From Diadema antillarum (Eukaryota), in the NCBI RefSeq assembly GCF_040938485.1, contig NW_027272312.1, positions 62,001 to 126,000 on the forward strand: 64,000 nt of DNA, in the 5' to 3' direction. This document shows positions 25,707 through 38,722 of the stretch, piece by piece (within the stretch, counting starts at the first letter, position 1; each line of letters starts with the position of its first letter). The notes below the pieces were generated by a model, which was not told the origin of the DNA, ran no database searches, and saw only the letters and a program-made list of their open reading frames with translations. Made by a program: the position numbers and the translations under genes.

Positions 25707-26577
25707 TGACAAAATCTTCAGAGGAGGAAATTAAAAGCAGTGATGAAATGAATTAGTTAGGAGGGACTTCCCTTGGTGTCAATAGCCCGATCCATTTTAT
25801 TGGCAACCATCTCTTTGGTAAAACCTGCCTGATTGATCAGTCTAAACCGCTTTATGAAACAATCCAAAGGTCTGCCTGCTTGGGATTAATATGAAAACAG
25901 CAGGGAATGAAAGTGAAGTCAGGCAGCGTGATGGAAAGTTGTATTCTAGCTGTCGCATTGGCAGCACTGTGTTGACGTCCTGCTCGAATTGTGCACTTGA
26001 CGGCGTGCTGCGTGTCGTGGTGGGGCTGGGCTTGCATTTGCTCCCATCTTGTAGGGAGCCGGGAGGGTTACAACCCTGCATACATCATTCATGTGAACCA
26101 CAGCCAGGGTTCTCCTATGTACATGGATGATGGTTGGCGGGTTCAAAGGTCGTCCAATCCTCTAGTGTCAAGTGTCAGGAGAACCCCAAAGGTACATGGA
26201 ATTTCACCCTGCTTCTTTCTCCCACAAACACTCGATACATGGTGTCATAGTTACAGTGTATGGCATGGACTTTCATGTACACTTGGAATGGTTACATGAG
26301 TTTGCCTCTACTGTGTAATGTATGCTCTTTAGTTATGTTTATTTGGTTGATTTATGAATAGCAAGTTGTATGTTGCAAATGCTCTGACTGTCGTGTGAAT
26401 GATGTGGAGTGAAAGCTATGGTCACAAACTGCACCAAGGATGTTGAAGGAGTGGGCCCAAGGAGTATTAAGTAACTCCTTGAGTAGGCCTGTCAGAGAGA
26501 GTATTTACATCCAGTTTTACTTGTCTTTAATGTAATTGTATGTATTTTAAGATTAGGTTGTGTGTTGATGCTATTAA

Positions 26578-26659
26578 CCCGTTCAGGACGAGTCCCGAGT
26601 ATACTCGGGCAAGTACTTATGGGAAATGCATGTTGTAGCAAAATTACCCCATCAACGGG
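26578..26659 (+). mobile_element. 82-bp piggyBac-like MITE, copy 1
   Basis: TTAA|CCCGTT...AACGGG|TTAA. Confidence 0.8.
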
Positions 26660-28446
26660 TTAACATTGTCAGTAGACACGCCTGAGCATCAACAAAACAG
26701 TAGGGAAAGAAGAGATATTTTATAGTGTGCACTTCAGAGACATTGGGCCTTCATGTATTTGCCATGAGGTCCTGGAATGATGCAATCAATGAACATGCAA
26801 CTCTTAATATTAAAAGAATATGGTCTCAGTGAGGGGTGGGGGGGGGGGGATGATTGGTGACAGTGGTTCCTAGGCTTGGAGTCATTTCTAACATAGAAGA
26901 ATTGAGAGACAGATTTTGAAGTTGACTCCTCGGGTTTCTAATTTCCACTCTAGAAGTGTTTAACGATGGAGCTAATTATGGAGCAACAATTTAGGCCTAA
27001 TTATGGAGCTAATTATCTTGGTCATTATTCAGGACAACTATGCAGGGCATGCTGTGAATGCTGTACCTTTAATAGACTAGTGATCCAGTGGTATTCTAGC
27101 ACCAGAGCAGAAGAGGAAAACCTCCCTTTAGATGTGATATGTGGGTGCGTGTACAGGAGTACCTCTTCACGGTCTAGTTATACTGGTGGGACTGCTTTCA
27201 GAGATGTTCTTTGATGTGCGGGTTTGCAGCTCTTTATTGTTGGTGAAGGAGGAAAAACAAGCTCCAAGCAGTACATTGTACAGTAAATTCCATTTCGTCT
27301 TCCAAACAAACAAACAAGTAGAGTACATGACCTGTTTTCTTATGCCTCTACAAAGGGAGAACATTCAGACACAGTTTTGTTTTGGTGCTGTATCTTGGCT
27401 GTGACAGCTTAGCTTTTAGTGCATAATGGTATGGATGTGATTTATCTAACTTTTTCCTGTTATTATTGTTGTTTTATTGTCGGCACAAGCTCAACCTGTC
27501 TAGTAGGGTAGGAGTGGAATAGTGCATCAAATGTGAATAAAGTCTGGGATTTAGTCTGAATTTCTTCCACAGAGCTGACATAGAACAAAGTCAGTGTGCA
27601 ATGTTGTTTGCAGAAAACAATTCTTTATCATCCTCTTTCTGAAAGAAGGTGTGTATTTTCAGTCAATTCATCAAGTGTGAATACTAACAATTTCTTGAAA
27701 AAAAAAGATTCTCCATTTTGAATGGTTTCAGACGTATTCATTAAACTGTGAATGACCTCCTCTACATGAGCATTCCCAAAATTCATCTGATTTTTTTTTT
27801 CACCCGCATCATAAAATGGAATTGAGGTCAATATCAGGAGAATTGAGGATTATGCGAAGCTATGCTTAGAGGGATGACAAAAAAATGTATTTGGCGGGGA
27901 TACCGAGATTGATATGGCGGGTGATTCTCAAATACACAAATTCACTCTGTCTCATAGTAGGAGATTTACTGTGTCAACAGAAGATACATAGCATTGTCTT
28001 TGGATGCATGCACCTGTTCTGTCTGTGTGGTATCATGTCTCGTACTCCATGGCGATGCTCTGTGAAGTGTGTCCGCGGCTTCTTCAGCAGGTGAAACGTC
28101 ACGGTGATGTTCACGAGAAAGCGGAGATTTGCTCTGGGGCCATCTGTTCAAACAAGGCAGTGCCCACAAAACAGCAGCAGGAATTTGAGGTTATTGTCCC
28201 TCTTCGTGCATTTTAAAGAAATCATGAATTGTGTGATCATTTGTACATGTATTCAGCCTTGTATGTGAAGATTTCATGGTTCATCAGCCAAATTGATGAT
28301 AACAACTGATACTGCACTAGTAATTTGAGCGCCAAAAAATGGTATCATTGTCTTTGAGCACCAAAAGGCTGTAAACTCCATTGGATGGGTGAAGAGTAAT
28401 AACCGTCCCTTCTCTCCAGATGATGCTGCAAAAGCGGAAACATACG

Positions 28447-28630
28447 CAGGGTTCGAAATTGGCGAAGGTCCGCTGGCCATTGGCCACCCAAAATCACGTC
28501 GGACTAGCTAAAAATCATACAATTCTGAAGTTACTAGTCCGTCTGGCTAGCCAAAATATTGCTTCAGTGTCAAAATTTATTCTAAGTAGTCCGCCTGGCT
28601 AGTTAAAAAAAAAGTTAAGTGTGACCCCTG
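28447..28630. mobile_element. 184-bp hAT-like MITE with 6-bp TSD
   Basis: CAGGGTTC...GACCCCTG ends; CATACG on both sides (28441-28446, 28631-28636); internal GTCCG-CTGGC-type repeats. Confidence 0.7.
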
Positions 28631-29037
28631 CATACGTGTCTATAATTGTCAGCAATACTGGTAGGGCAATTTCAGTGAACTTCAACATACAGTGTATGTA
28701 TACTTTAGAATGGAGGAAATATTTCTGTCTACAGTGTGGTAGGCCTATATTAGAGAAATATTGTCATGTTTTTCTATTTGGTCGAGTTCAGGAAGATGTG
28801 AAATTACAGTGTATGTCCTCCCTAGGAGTTCTTTTTTTTTTTTCATTCATCATTCTGGAGATATCAGACTCCAGTATACATGCACTGAAATTTCTTTCCT
28901 AGTGTGTTCCTTTGTTTTTATTTCTTCATTATTGTTATCAGTCCGGTTTTTTTTTCTTCATACAGATATACTTCACAAGTCAGTTCTCCAAGGCAGTACA
29001 TCTCACTGATTCTTTGGGTGATTAACCCCATTATTAA

Positions 29038-29397
29038 AGGGATAGTACAGTATTGGTGGAGATGAGAATTGTTCTTTTAACTTTTTGCGAGATACACTAC
29101 AGAACATATCATTTTAAGAGGAATTCAAAGTTTATTTGATGAAAATCAGGTTTGGAATGACTGAGACATCCAAAAACAAAGTAAAACAAAGCAATCGTAA
29201 TAAAGTGTGGGTCCCACACTTTATTAGAATCGCTCTTTTCAAATCTCAGCCATTTCAAAACCAATTTTCATCAAATAAAATGTTGAATTCCTCGTAGAAT
29301 TACATGCTCTTTCATATTTCATAAGAAGTTTCTTATTATCTCACCAAAAAATGTTAGAAACCTGAAATTAGGTCTCAACCAAAACTATACGATCCCT
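29038..29397. mobile_element. 360-bp TTAA-flanked MITE (Kolobok-like)
   Basis: TTAA|AGGGATAGTACAGTATTGGTGGAGA...TCTCAACCAAAACTATACGATCCCT|TTAA; TIRs match at 21/25. Confidence 0.8.
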
Positions 29398-32300
29398 TTA
29401 AAGCACAAACATGTCTACAGGTGTATCCTGTGGCTGATGAAGCCAGCTTGGTATGCTCACATGTAGATTATGATCTTTTGCCTGCCCAACCTTGTCTTCC
29501 TTTGTACATTGTATGAAGATCCTTTGGAATGGTAAAGGAAAATACCAAAGCGAACGTTTCAAAACAATCTAATTCCAAACAGGATATGCTAAAAAACAGA
29601 ACACCGTGAAAAAAAAGAGAGGATAAGATACCTTGTATTTTGCATCTGAGAACAGATTACTGGCAAAGCAAAGAAACTAAAACTTTATTTGAAAGTTTTT
29701 TTGCCCTTTTTTTTTGATAAGGGTAAAGCCAACATACATACCAGTGTAAACTTTTTGTAGACGAAAATTATGTTTCATACACTGGGCAGTGGTACAGTGT
29801 AGGCCTATAATGTGTATGTTGAATAACTACTTGACTAGAAGGCAGTTCAAGCGCTGCCAGGAAATTGATTCTGAGTAGTGTGTTGTGTGTATCCTTCTGA
29901 AAGCTCCAATAGTCTTGTAACAACCAAGAAGAGTAACTCTTCTTTACAGGTAATTCTCTTGTGTCTTGCTTGGCCTGGTGATACTGAAGAGCACTTGATA
30001 TGAGTCCCAGTGGGTGGGGGGGGGGGGGGGGGGGGGGGAGGGGGGGGGGGGAGAAAAGCATTTCAGGCCCAAGCTTCAAAAGTCTTGGCCCAACATACAT
30101 CTTTCAACAGCAAGATGTGTAAAATGCTGTGGAGCCCCCTCCCCACTCCACTCACAGGTGACACAATACATTTGTAGCTGCCATGAAAAGCTACGTCCCT
30201 CTTGTGCTTTTGGTAGTGGTCAGTGTATTGACTGGCTGGACTACTCCATTTGCATGCGACTCTGGTTAACAAGGCGCTTTATGCCAGAGCTGTGTCGGTA
30301 AACAGAGGATGAGTTTAAGCCTTGAAGGAACAATAGGGGAGAGGGGGACGTGTTTTCTGTCAGATGAAGTGAAGAGCCAAACGGTTTTCTTTTCAGCCAT
30401 GCTCCCTTCTTTTCCCCTCCTGTCCTGGGCACAATGGTGGTGTTACCCCTATTTGAATAGCTGTTGTGCATGGGTGCACTCAGGCAAATTGCATTGTGTA
30501 GTAGTGTAGGGAGGGCACAAGCTGCACCGCGTGGGATTGTATGCATGGGACTATAGACTTTTGGCTAGAGGGTGGTACCGGTGTGTGATTACAGGTAGGA
30601 GGGCCACATAATGAGGTGACGAAGGAAAGGGGGGATGGATCAAAGGAAGAGGAGAATGTTCGGCAAATATTGGCACGTCTGGGGAGGGAGGAAAAGAGTT
30701 AGAAAGCGTCTGCAACACACGTATGCTTATACTTACAGACACACGCACACACACATTGTACACACAAGCAAGCTACCATGTCAATGACGCAAGATAAACA
30801 CCACATCCATCACATGAAAACACAAACTAGATGTGAGTGTGAGCGAGAAAATAACATTCGGGAATTTTCGGCTAGGTTTTAATGTAAAGTGTGAGTGAGA
30901 AAATAACATTTAGGAATTTTCAGTAATGGGTAATGTAGTGTGTGGAATGTACTGTATTTATCATTGTGCGTATGTATGTGTGGTGGGGGGGGGGGGGGGG
31001 CAGGGGGTTGCATAGCCGCCCCACGCTCACGTTGTATTGAATGTGCCACAGGTCTGAATGTTCCAGTTAATTTTCTTGCTACTGTATATCCCACAACCAT
31101 CCCATGAATTTGCCATTTCATAGGCATCATCCTTTGTAGATTACTCTAGAGTGACTAGGCATGTTACATAATCGCCAAAAAGTACATGTACCTAAATTGA
31201 TTTTCTGTTGATTTGAAAGAGTATCCTGCAGTTGCACTTGCCCCTTTAATGTCTCAGAAGACTTTTGTTGCGAAGTTTGTTGCCTTTTGTTCAACATTCC
31301 TGCCTACCGTAACTGTACTAGAAAATGGAGAAAAGATGAATCAGAAATTTTAGTTCAACAAGAATTCCTAATGAGGAAATGTGTATAGATTGTGATTGAC
31401 AGCATCTCATTCATAACTAAGCTTGTATGGTTTGAATGAGAAGATGAATTTTTGAATTAGGTTATTGATGTAAACTTGTTAAAGCACTCATCAGAAGATG
31501 TGTTGTGCAAAAGTCAGGGCCTCTCATCAGTACACAATATGTTGTTATTGTTTTGAAGATAAAGAATAAGAATATTCCAAATATCTAAACTGTATGGCAC
31601 CAAGACGAAAAATAACCTACAGAATAGATCATTTGTATCTTGGGTGTTTGCTATGAAAACAATGTTGTTCTATACATTGTTTTCATACATGTATTTCTGA
31701 AAGAGTTTGCATTGTCTGTTGCGACTTTCAGCTGGGCATGATGATGAATAATCATACAGGAAACAAAAAGCTATAAATCAAATCAAACTCTTATGAAGTC
31801 AAATTAATACAGTAGGTATTTTACTTGGAGTTGAGTACTACTCTGTAGGATACAAGTGCAGCTGTTGATGAACTGTATTAAGGAAACACTGCTTTATAGG
31901 CCTATACATAAAAGAAAAAGAAGAGAGGAAAAAAAAAAATCACCAACGATGGGCGGAAGCCAACGAAAAGCTTTTCAGCTGCCGTGGTAGTGGCCGGGGA
32001 AGTACACAGTATATTCAATTCCGGCGGAGGAAGATTACTCTCTCCTCCCAAACGAAACCTGAGCAGATTGGCCGCAGAGCATTCCGTTTCACATTCATCT
32101 CCGTTCAGCTGCTGCCAGCATCCATAATTTGAGTTTTTCATCCATGAGGGAGCAATTCAGTGCTAAAAGGCCCTGTTCACATTGGACACTTGGGCTTGCT
32201 GATGAAGCATTTTTTGTACATAAAATGCTCACAGATACAGTGTACATTGTATTGTCTACACTTTATAAAGAGTGCCAGCGTACATTTGTGAAATTATTCA

Positions 32301-34110
32301 ATTGCACAATTGATACACTTGTGCAACATAGAGCAGGGGATCTACAAGAAAGTTTAAATACCGGAAACACTGTGATTACAATGTATAATTGCTTGTGCAT
32401 TGTATAAAATGGTATGTGTGATACTCTGATATTTAATACGCTTTGCAGCATTACTGGTATATGTAGTTAGGTTGTGTTGTGTTTTTAGAATGATGTGTCT
32501 TCATTTAACCAGCTAAAAATACATTTTTGTATAGTTTGTAGAGATCACCTGTATAGCTGTTGATGGATTTAAACCTGCGAGATTCATCACAGTGTCAAAT
32601 ACTTGACTCTGGTATTTATTACCTGATTGGCGGAATTCACTGGGGTGTGATGTGTTCCTGATTTCACACTATTTTGATTTATGGGCATGGCATATTTTAT
32701 GAGTGGATTATAAACATAATTTCATTTATCAATCTCTCTTTCATGCCATGACAGCACACCTCCCAATGGTGTACCATGTTTTCGATAATATGTCTCTCTA
32801 TTCGCCAATTTTGATATAACAGACCTCTGCAAATTCCATGTGTTGACTTAAGAGAGTTGTGTGAAAAAGACCCAAACTAACAAACAACATGTTGATTATC
32901 AGTGGAGTATGAGTTCAATCAGCTTGATAAAACTTGAGTCCTTTGTCAACCCAGGATTTCTTGGCACTAAAAACAGGCAAAATGATGGTTGGATCCACTC
33001 ATCATCATCTGTCCCTACAAAGTAGCTGGCATTGAGCAGCTACAGAATGAAGAAAGCCAGCAAACTCTGAACTATATAAAGAAAAAAGCTCCATTCTGGA
33101 AGAATTTCATGGCTCCTCAAACTGGCAATAGCACTTGTGGCAGTCTACATCAGAGTAAGACACACACCTTGTGTGCAAAGAAATCAAATCTCTCATTTGC
33201 CACTGCAAATACATCTGTGGTAAACTGGTATCCTTGACAGTAGAGGTTCTGAGATATCAAACCCTTTCTGTGCCAACATTCTCAAAGTGCCGTTAACTTT
33301 GTCTGTAACCAGTTTGCATTTTGTGATGTAAGAGTTAAAGAAAGGCACAATTAGCTCATTGCTGTTCCATGGGACTGGCACATTGATTGCACAATTGCCC
33401 TGATATGAGGCAGAAAATTTACCTCTCTGTTGTCATTGTGCGTGTGCACATTAGTTTGTGAATCCACCCTAATGGCTTTTGTTGTGCGGTGCGTGCATCT
33501 AGTGTCAGGAAAACTACCTTTTACTGAATGATCTGTCTATTTGCCTAAATATTTGATAAGACAATCACTTCTCTAATTGATCATATCAAGAAAACATGAA
33601 ATCACATTCTTTATCTTTTCTTCTGTGTGATGGGAAAGTAATCTTGCTATAATGCACATTTAAGGGTTGCCTCTACGAGATAATAGCTGTCAAATGTAAA
33701 GATTTCATTTGCCACATATGATAAATTTTTGAAGCATACATGAAGTGAATATAAAATATGGAAGGATAGTGATGTATGATGAGATATGAGGTGATCCTTC
33801 CTACCCCTGTTTATTATATTGTGTGTGCAGTACAACAGGGTGTGCAAAGTCCTCACAATTTTTTTCTTTCATTCTACAGTTGCATTCAGTTGGTTGAAAG
33901 ACAAGTACGTGTACAGCCAGTGAGTCATGACATACAGTCTGGCCTGTGACATCAATCTCACGGGAGAAATAAAAGAAAAGAAAGGCACAGATCTGTGTAT
34001 GTCTGTATGTATGTGTACATGTATGTGTGTACGTAGTAGATATGTAAAATGTATGTATCATTTCTGTATGTATGTATGTATGTATGTATGTACGTATATG
34101 TATGTATGTA

Positions 34111-34278
34111 NNNNNNNNNNNNNNNNNNNNNNNNNNNNNNNNNNNNNNNNNNNNNNNNNNNNNNNNNNNNNNNNNNNNNNNNNNNNNNNNNNNNNNNNNN
34201 NNNNNNNNNNNNNNNNNNNNNNNNNNNNNNNNNNNNNNNNNNNNNNNNNNNNNNNNNNNNNNNNNNNNNNNNNNNNNN
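34111..34278. other. Assembly gap (N run) after a (TATG)n array
   Basis: 168 Ns preceded by (TATG)n at about 34066-34110. Confidence 0.99.
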
Positions 34279-34486
34279 TTGGGATGAGAGGTAGGGATTG
34301 GGATTCAGTCTTGTAGGCCCTAGATGTTCAGGCTAGTTGATGTCCATGGATGTCGCCAGATTTTAGTGGTGTGAAATCAGATTCCCCTTGAGACACAATG
34401 TTCATGTACTGCTACAAGACTGTGGACCCCAAATACTCAACACTCCGGGAACTGTACAACTCTGTAGACTACCCCCTATTCCTTAC

Positions 34487-34620
34487 ATCATGTACAATTC
34501 TCCCTATCGCATAGCCGATATCAAGTGATATCGCCTCGCGATACCGATATCTAATCGATCGCTCTTGGGACGTGCACTTCCGGTTTTGTGGTTTACCCAC
34601 ATCACCTCCGTCATCTATGG
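34487..34620 (-). promoter_or_regulatory. Small CpG island with ETS site; possible antisense first exon
   Basis: CACTTCCGG at 34575-34583 (CCGGAAGTG on -); three GATATC palindromes; minus-strand donor GAT|GTAAGG at 34487/34486. Confidence 0.4.
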
Positions 34621-35590
34621 ATATTTTCCATAATTTCGTTGTTTTGCATCAGGCCCAGCATTGGGGCCACTTCGCAGAAGAATCCCATTCATCAAATGTA
34701 AAGTTACAGATTAGAAAATAACTCTATTATTCGACAAATTATAAGACAGAATTTGACACAATCTGTGAATACTAGTACTTCGGCGTTCAATGTGCATAAA
34801 AGCGTACATTTACACATTGCGCGTTCACATTAAACCAGAACTTTATATCCCAAGAATTAAAGGAAAAAAATTAGAGCGCCACATGCGTTCAGATTTGGAG
34901 AGCTATGTGATAGGGAGAATCGGTGGGAGTACTACCACTTTGTTCATATCTGCAAATACCATTAATCTTTTTTTTCTTTTTTTTTCATTTGTTCACCCAT
35001 AATCAGCACACGTACAGTACATGCATGTAATGACAAACAAGTGTAAGAATGATTACAGTAATAAAGCATCAGGGTGGGCCACAACTTGAAATTTGAGCAT
35101 GGGTTACAAGCTCAGAATCTGAGAATATTGCAGAAATTGTGTGTGCGCGAAGAGCACGTCACGAGCATGTAGTATGCAATATTTTGCAGCTTATCTCTCG
35201 TTGTGCTGCTTACGTGTACATTCAATGTTCTCTCTCATGTTTTGCACACAAATATCTAAGTGCTAGGCAGTTTGATGTTTCTTGTATGTTTTGCACGTTG
35301 TATGTTTTTCAGATGTTTGAATACATTTTATTTTGAGCTTGTTGCAAATTCTTTAGGATGTTGCATAGCATGTTGCTGGCTTTTGAGGATGTTGCACAAA
35401 AGTTGAGGATGTTGCACAAGAAATTGAGCATGTTGCAGCTAGGCCTACATGCTGTAACCCTCCTGGACCACCCTGAAGCATGTGAAGAAAGAAAGAAATA
35501 AAGAAAGGATAAAGCAGTCTCAGTTATCAGGCCCAAAGTTCTCCTACAATTTCAGCATGAACAACCCCATCACACAGTATGCATTTTTAA

Positions 35591-35674
35591 CCCATTGAGA
35601 ACGAGTCCTGTGTATACTTGGGCAGGGGCTATGCGAAATGCGTGTTGTAGCAAAATCAGTCTGTCCTCAACAGA
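35591..35674 (+). mobile_element. piggyBac-like MITE, copy 2 (degenerate)
   Basis: TTAA|CCCATTGAG...CTCAACAGA|TTAA; shares GTATACT and GAAATGC-TGTTGTAGCAAAAT with the copy at 26578. Confidence 0.7.
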
Positions 35675-37865
35675 TTAACCTGATCTGCCACTTTGTACTA
35701 CATAACAATTAGCAATTAATCAAGAACGGCCCGAAGTAGCTGATATCCACACCTGTACAGGTGTGAATTCCTTGAATTATCCGCTCCTATAACACAGACA
35801 CCAACTAGTACTGGTACAATTGTAGACCTCTAGAAACCGGTACTGCTGGCACAGTATTGCTGAAGCCTTCATATCCAGGGTCGATGGCACATTTGATGGT
35901 CAGACCAAAAACTGGATAAATTCACAACTATTCTAAACCAGATAGTCCAATTTTCCTTTAATAGTTTGTTGATATGTTTTGCTCATATTTCAGAATTATT
36001 AAATCCACTAAAGTAAACTCCCAAGTAATAAGCTGTGATGCATTGCTGCATAAACAAAGTCCCTACCGTAAAACTTGATATTTTCGTGGCATGAAATTTT
36101 TTTTTTTTTTTTTGCATCAACGGGTTAAAGCAGTGATAGTTTTAAAAAAACAGGAGAAAGAAGAAGGTTGTGAGTTAGGGGAAAAATTGGACATTTCTTC
36201 TTTTTGTCTCATTGATGTTAAAAGGAAAGATCTTCTTGTTTCTCTTGATGTTCATGCATCATGAATAGTGGGTCTTTGTTAGTGTGTGACATTATAGTTC
36301 AGCCGTTTTTCAGCTGTGTGGATTTTTATCTTTATTGATGGCACAGTGCAGTATATTGTGTTGACGCACTAAATATCACTCCTTCAGACACACGAATAGA
36401 TCCGTACAAGTCTGTGATGGATAGGGCGTAGTCATGTTTTTCAGCAAATATGCAGTTACCCCACTTTTATTCCATCAGGCTCCCTTATGGGGATATGGGC
36501 CAAATTACCTGATGGACCACTCACTGGCGCATCTGGGGCAGGCGGAAGTGTTCGGCAGGATGAGTCTGTCCCCCAATAAAGAGGAGTGGGGAGGGGAATG
36601 GACATTAGCCGTGGAATGATCGCAGGGAGCCATCCCCCGTGATGGTGGTGCATGCTTCCAGTCGGGGGATGTACCGCTGATGCAAGTTGATGGATGACAA
36701 CCCCATTTGCGAGCGGTGGTCTCGCCGTGGCCTGGTTATGATCAGCATGCGTAATGCATGTCGCATGACATTTTCAAAAATTGAGAAAACCCAGAAACCT
36801 AGTCTCGCCGAATCCCTTCCTCCCATTCACTCCGCCCACCTATAATATTGCAGATCTCCAGTAATTTGTAGTCCTGGTTAAAAGAAGCAAAAACACTTTA
36901 AAATATATCTATATAGAATCTATTTGTTATCAAAGTTTGAAGGGATTGTGGTATGAGAAGTTGGTAGAAAAGGGTGAAGAGGGATGTCGTAAAATAAGTC
37001 GACGTTTTAGAGGGATGGCTGCATGATTTGGACAAATTGGGAGTCATGTTGTCATCGCTGTTTGCATCTCGACATGAAGTGAAATTGTGCGATGTCAGAA
37101 CCACTTGAACCTGGTGCACTTTGTGCATTTCCCTGCCCCCCCAGACGACATTCATTTTCCACCGTCCAGTGCACTTTCCCTCCAGAGTCAAGAAGCCTCG
37201 GCCACTACACTCTGCCGAAAATGGCAGTGCAGCGCTGTTGTTTAAAGTTGATGAATAGCTGAGAGTAGAATGTGTGTCTGCATTGGTCATGTAGATTTCA
37301 AGAGACGTAATGGAAAGGCTGCACATTCCTTCATGTAAGTGGTGCATTTATTCAATTTGGGAGCAATCAAAATTTACAAGAACATGTAAACTGAGACCAA
37401 GGTGGTGGGGGTTCAGTGTACTAACGGGATGGAGAGAGACGGAGAGAGAGATCTAGAGAAGAGAGTGTACATCAGAACACCTTGGCATGGGATGATTTTT
37501 ATTGTTGTTTTTTTTTTTCATCTGATTGGGAAGGGTACGGTGAATGTTGATTAGATTTATGCATTGAGATGCTCTTTTGATATGTTGCAATGTACAGGAA
37601 CCTTTTGAATAAAAAGCAAAGAGAGCAACATGCAGCCATCTGTTTAGAGGTCATTTCCAGTGGCTGGTTACATGCAAAGTACGTCATATGGGAGAATTTT
37701 AGGGTTTGGCCTCTCAAGGTTTACTTTCTCATCTTGATTGATGGCATCCAAAAGATATGGTACAGAGGAAAAACTTGCAAAAAAATTCCCCTTTAGGAGA
37801 GCCTTCTTCTTTGCACTGGTAGACAGGCACCTGTCTCGTGGAAAATTGATCAAACTGCATATAAA

Positions 37866-38065
37866 CTGTAAAAAGTGGAAGTTTTTGTGTGAACTGAGTA
37901 ATTTTTTTGTGCTCGAAAGATGAATTTTGCATGTTTTTAATCCTGCAGAATCAGGATATTAATTACTGGAAGATATGGCATGCAAAAATACATGTATTTG
38001 CATGCTTTTATTTTCGCGCTAGATTGTGGTTGCGCAAAATGTGTGAAAAATGTCCACTTTTACCA
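37866..38065. mobile_element. Degenerate relative of the 12069 MITE
   Basis: CTGTAAAAAGTGGA...TCCACTTTTAC ends; shares GCTTTTATTTTCGCGCTAG-T--TGGTTGCGC-AAATG with about 12200-12240. Confidence 0.7.
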
Positions 38066-38487
38066 TATTATATGCCACACTGTTATTGACGCAAATGCCA
38101 TCAGCTTTTTTAACTACATAAATATGCTCTGTATAGCATTAGGTCGGTTTCCCAATGAATTCAAAGTTTATGCGAAGACGTAGAAACCAACCAGAAGGCT
38201 TGCCAGAAAAATTAGACTTGCTAAATGTATGGTGTTATGACCCTATACAGTAGGTTATATTCTATTAAACCAAATGAAATACTCTATATCGGAATTGGCA
38301 TGACTCTGATTTTTACCGTAGTGCAGACATTACAGTTTAAAAAAAAGGTCCTCAATGTACCTGACAAAAAACTATGTCTGTGTTCACGTTGTTGAAGCTT
38401 GCCTTCATAAAAAATCATCTTAAATACTCCATCTTTTTTTTTTTATAGGATTATCATGAAATGGAGGAGGTAGAGGGTTTGTCTCTG

Positions 38488-38722
38488 ATATGCCATACAT
38501 TTCGCGAGTCTACATTTTTGCAAATCGGGAATTCATGACGACTTTGCTAATGGTGAAATTCGCCATCGTGGAGTCCTGTACTGAACGGAGAAGTGTACAC
38601 GCGTACGTCACATTCACATCGGGATCAGAGTCAATATTTTCGCGTGTCTTTAATTTCGCAAATAGCACCTGACTCGTGAAATTCGCGAAAATAAAACCTC
38701 GCGAAATATTCAGTGTATACAG
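38488..38722. mobile_element. MITE of the CTGTA...TACAG|TA class
   Basis: Right end CTCGCGAAATATTCAGTGTATACAG|TA; left end degenerate (CATTTCGCGAG); CpG-rich interior. Confidence 0.6.

Noticed and set aside
25741-25833. Box C/D snoRNA candidate (GTGATGA...CTGA)
   Set aside because: No terminal stem or recognisable guide; such motifs arise by chance in 64 kb.
28447-28465. GGTTCGAA resembling a tRNA T-loop or SINE B box
   Set aside because: It is the end of the hAT-like MITE; there is no cloverleaf or A box.
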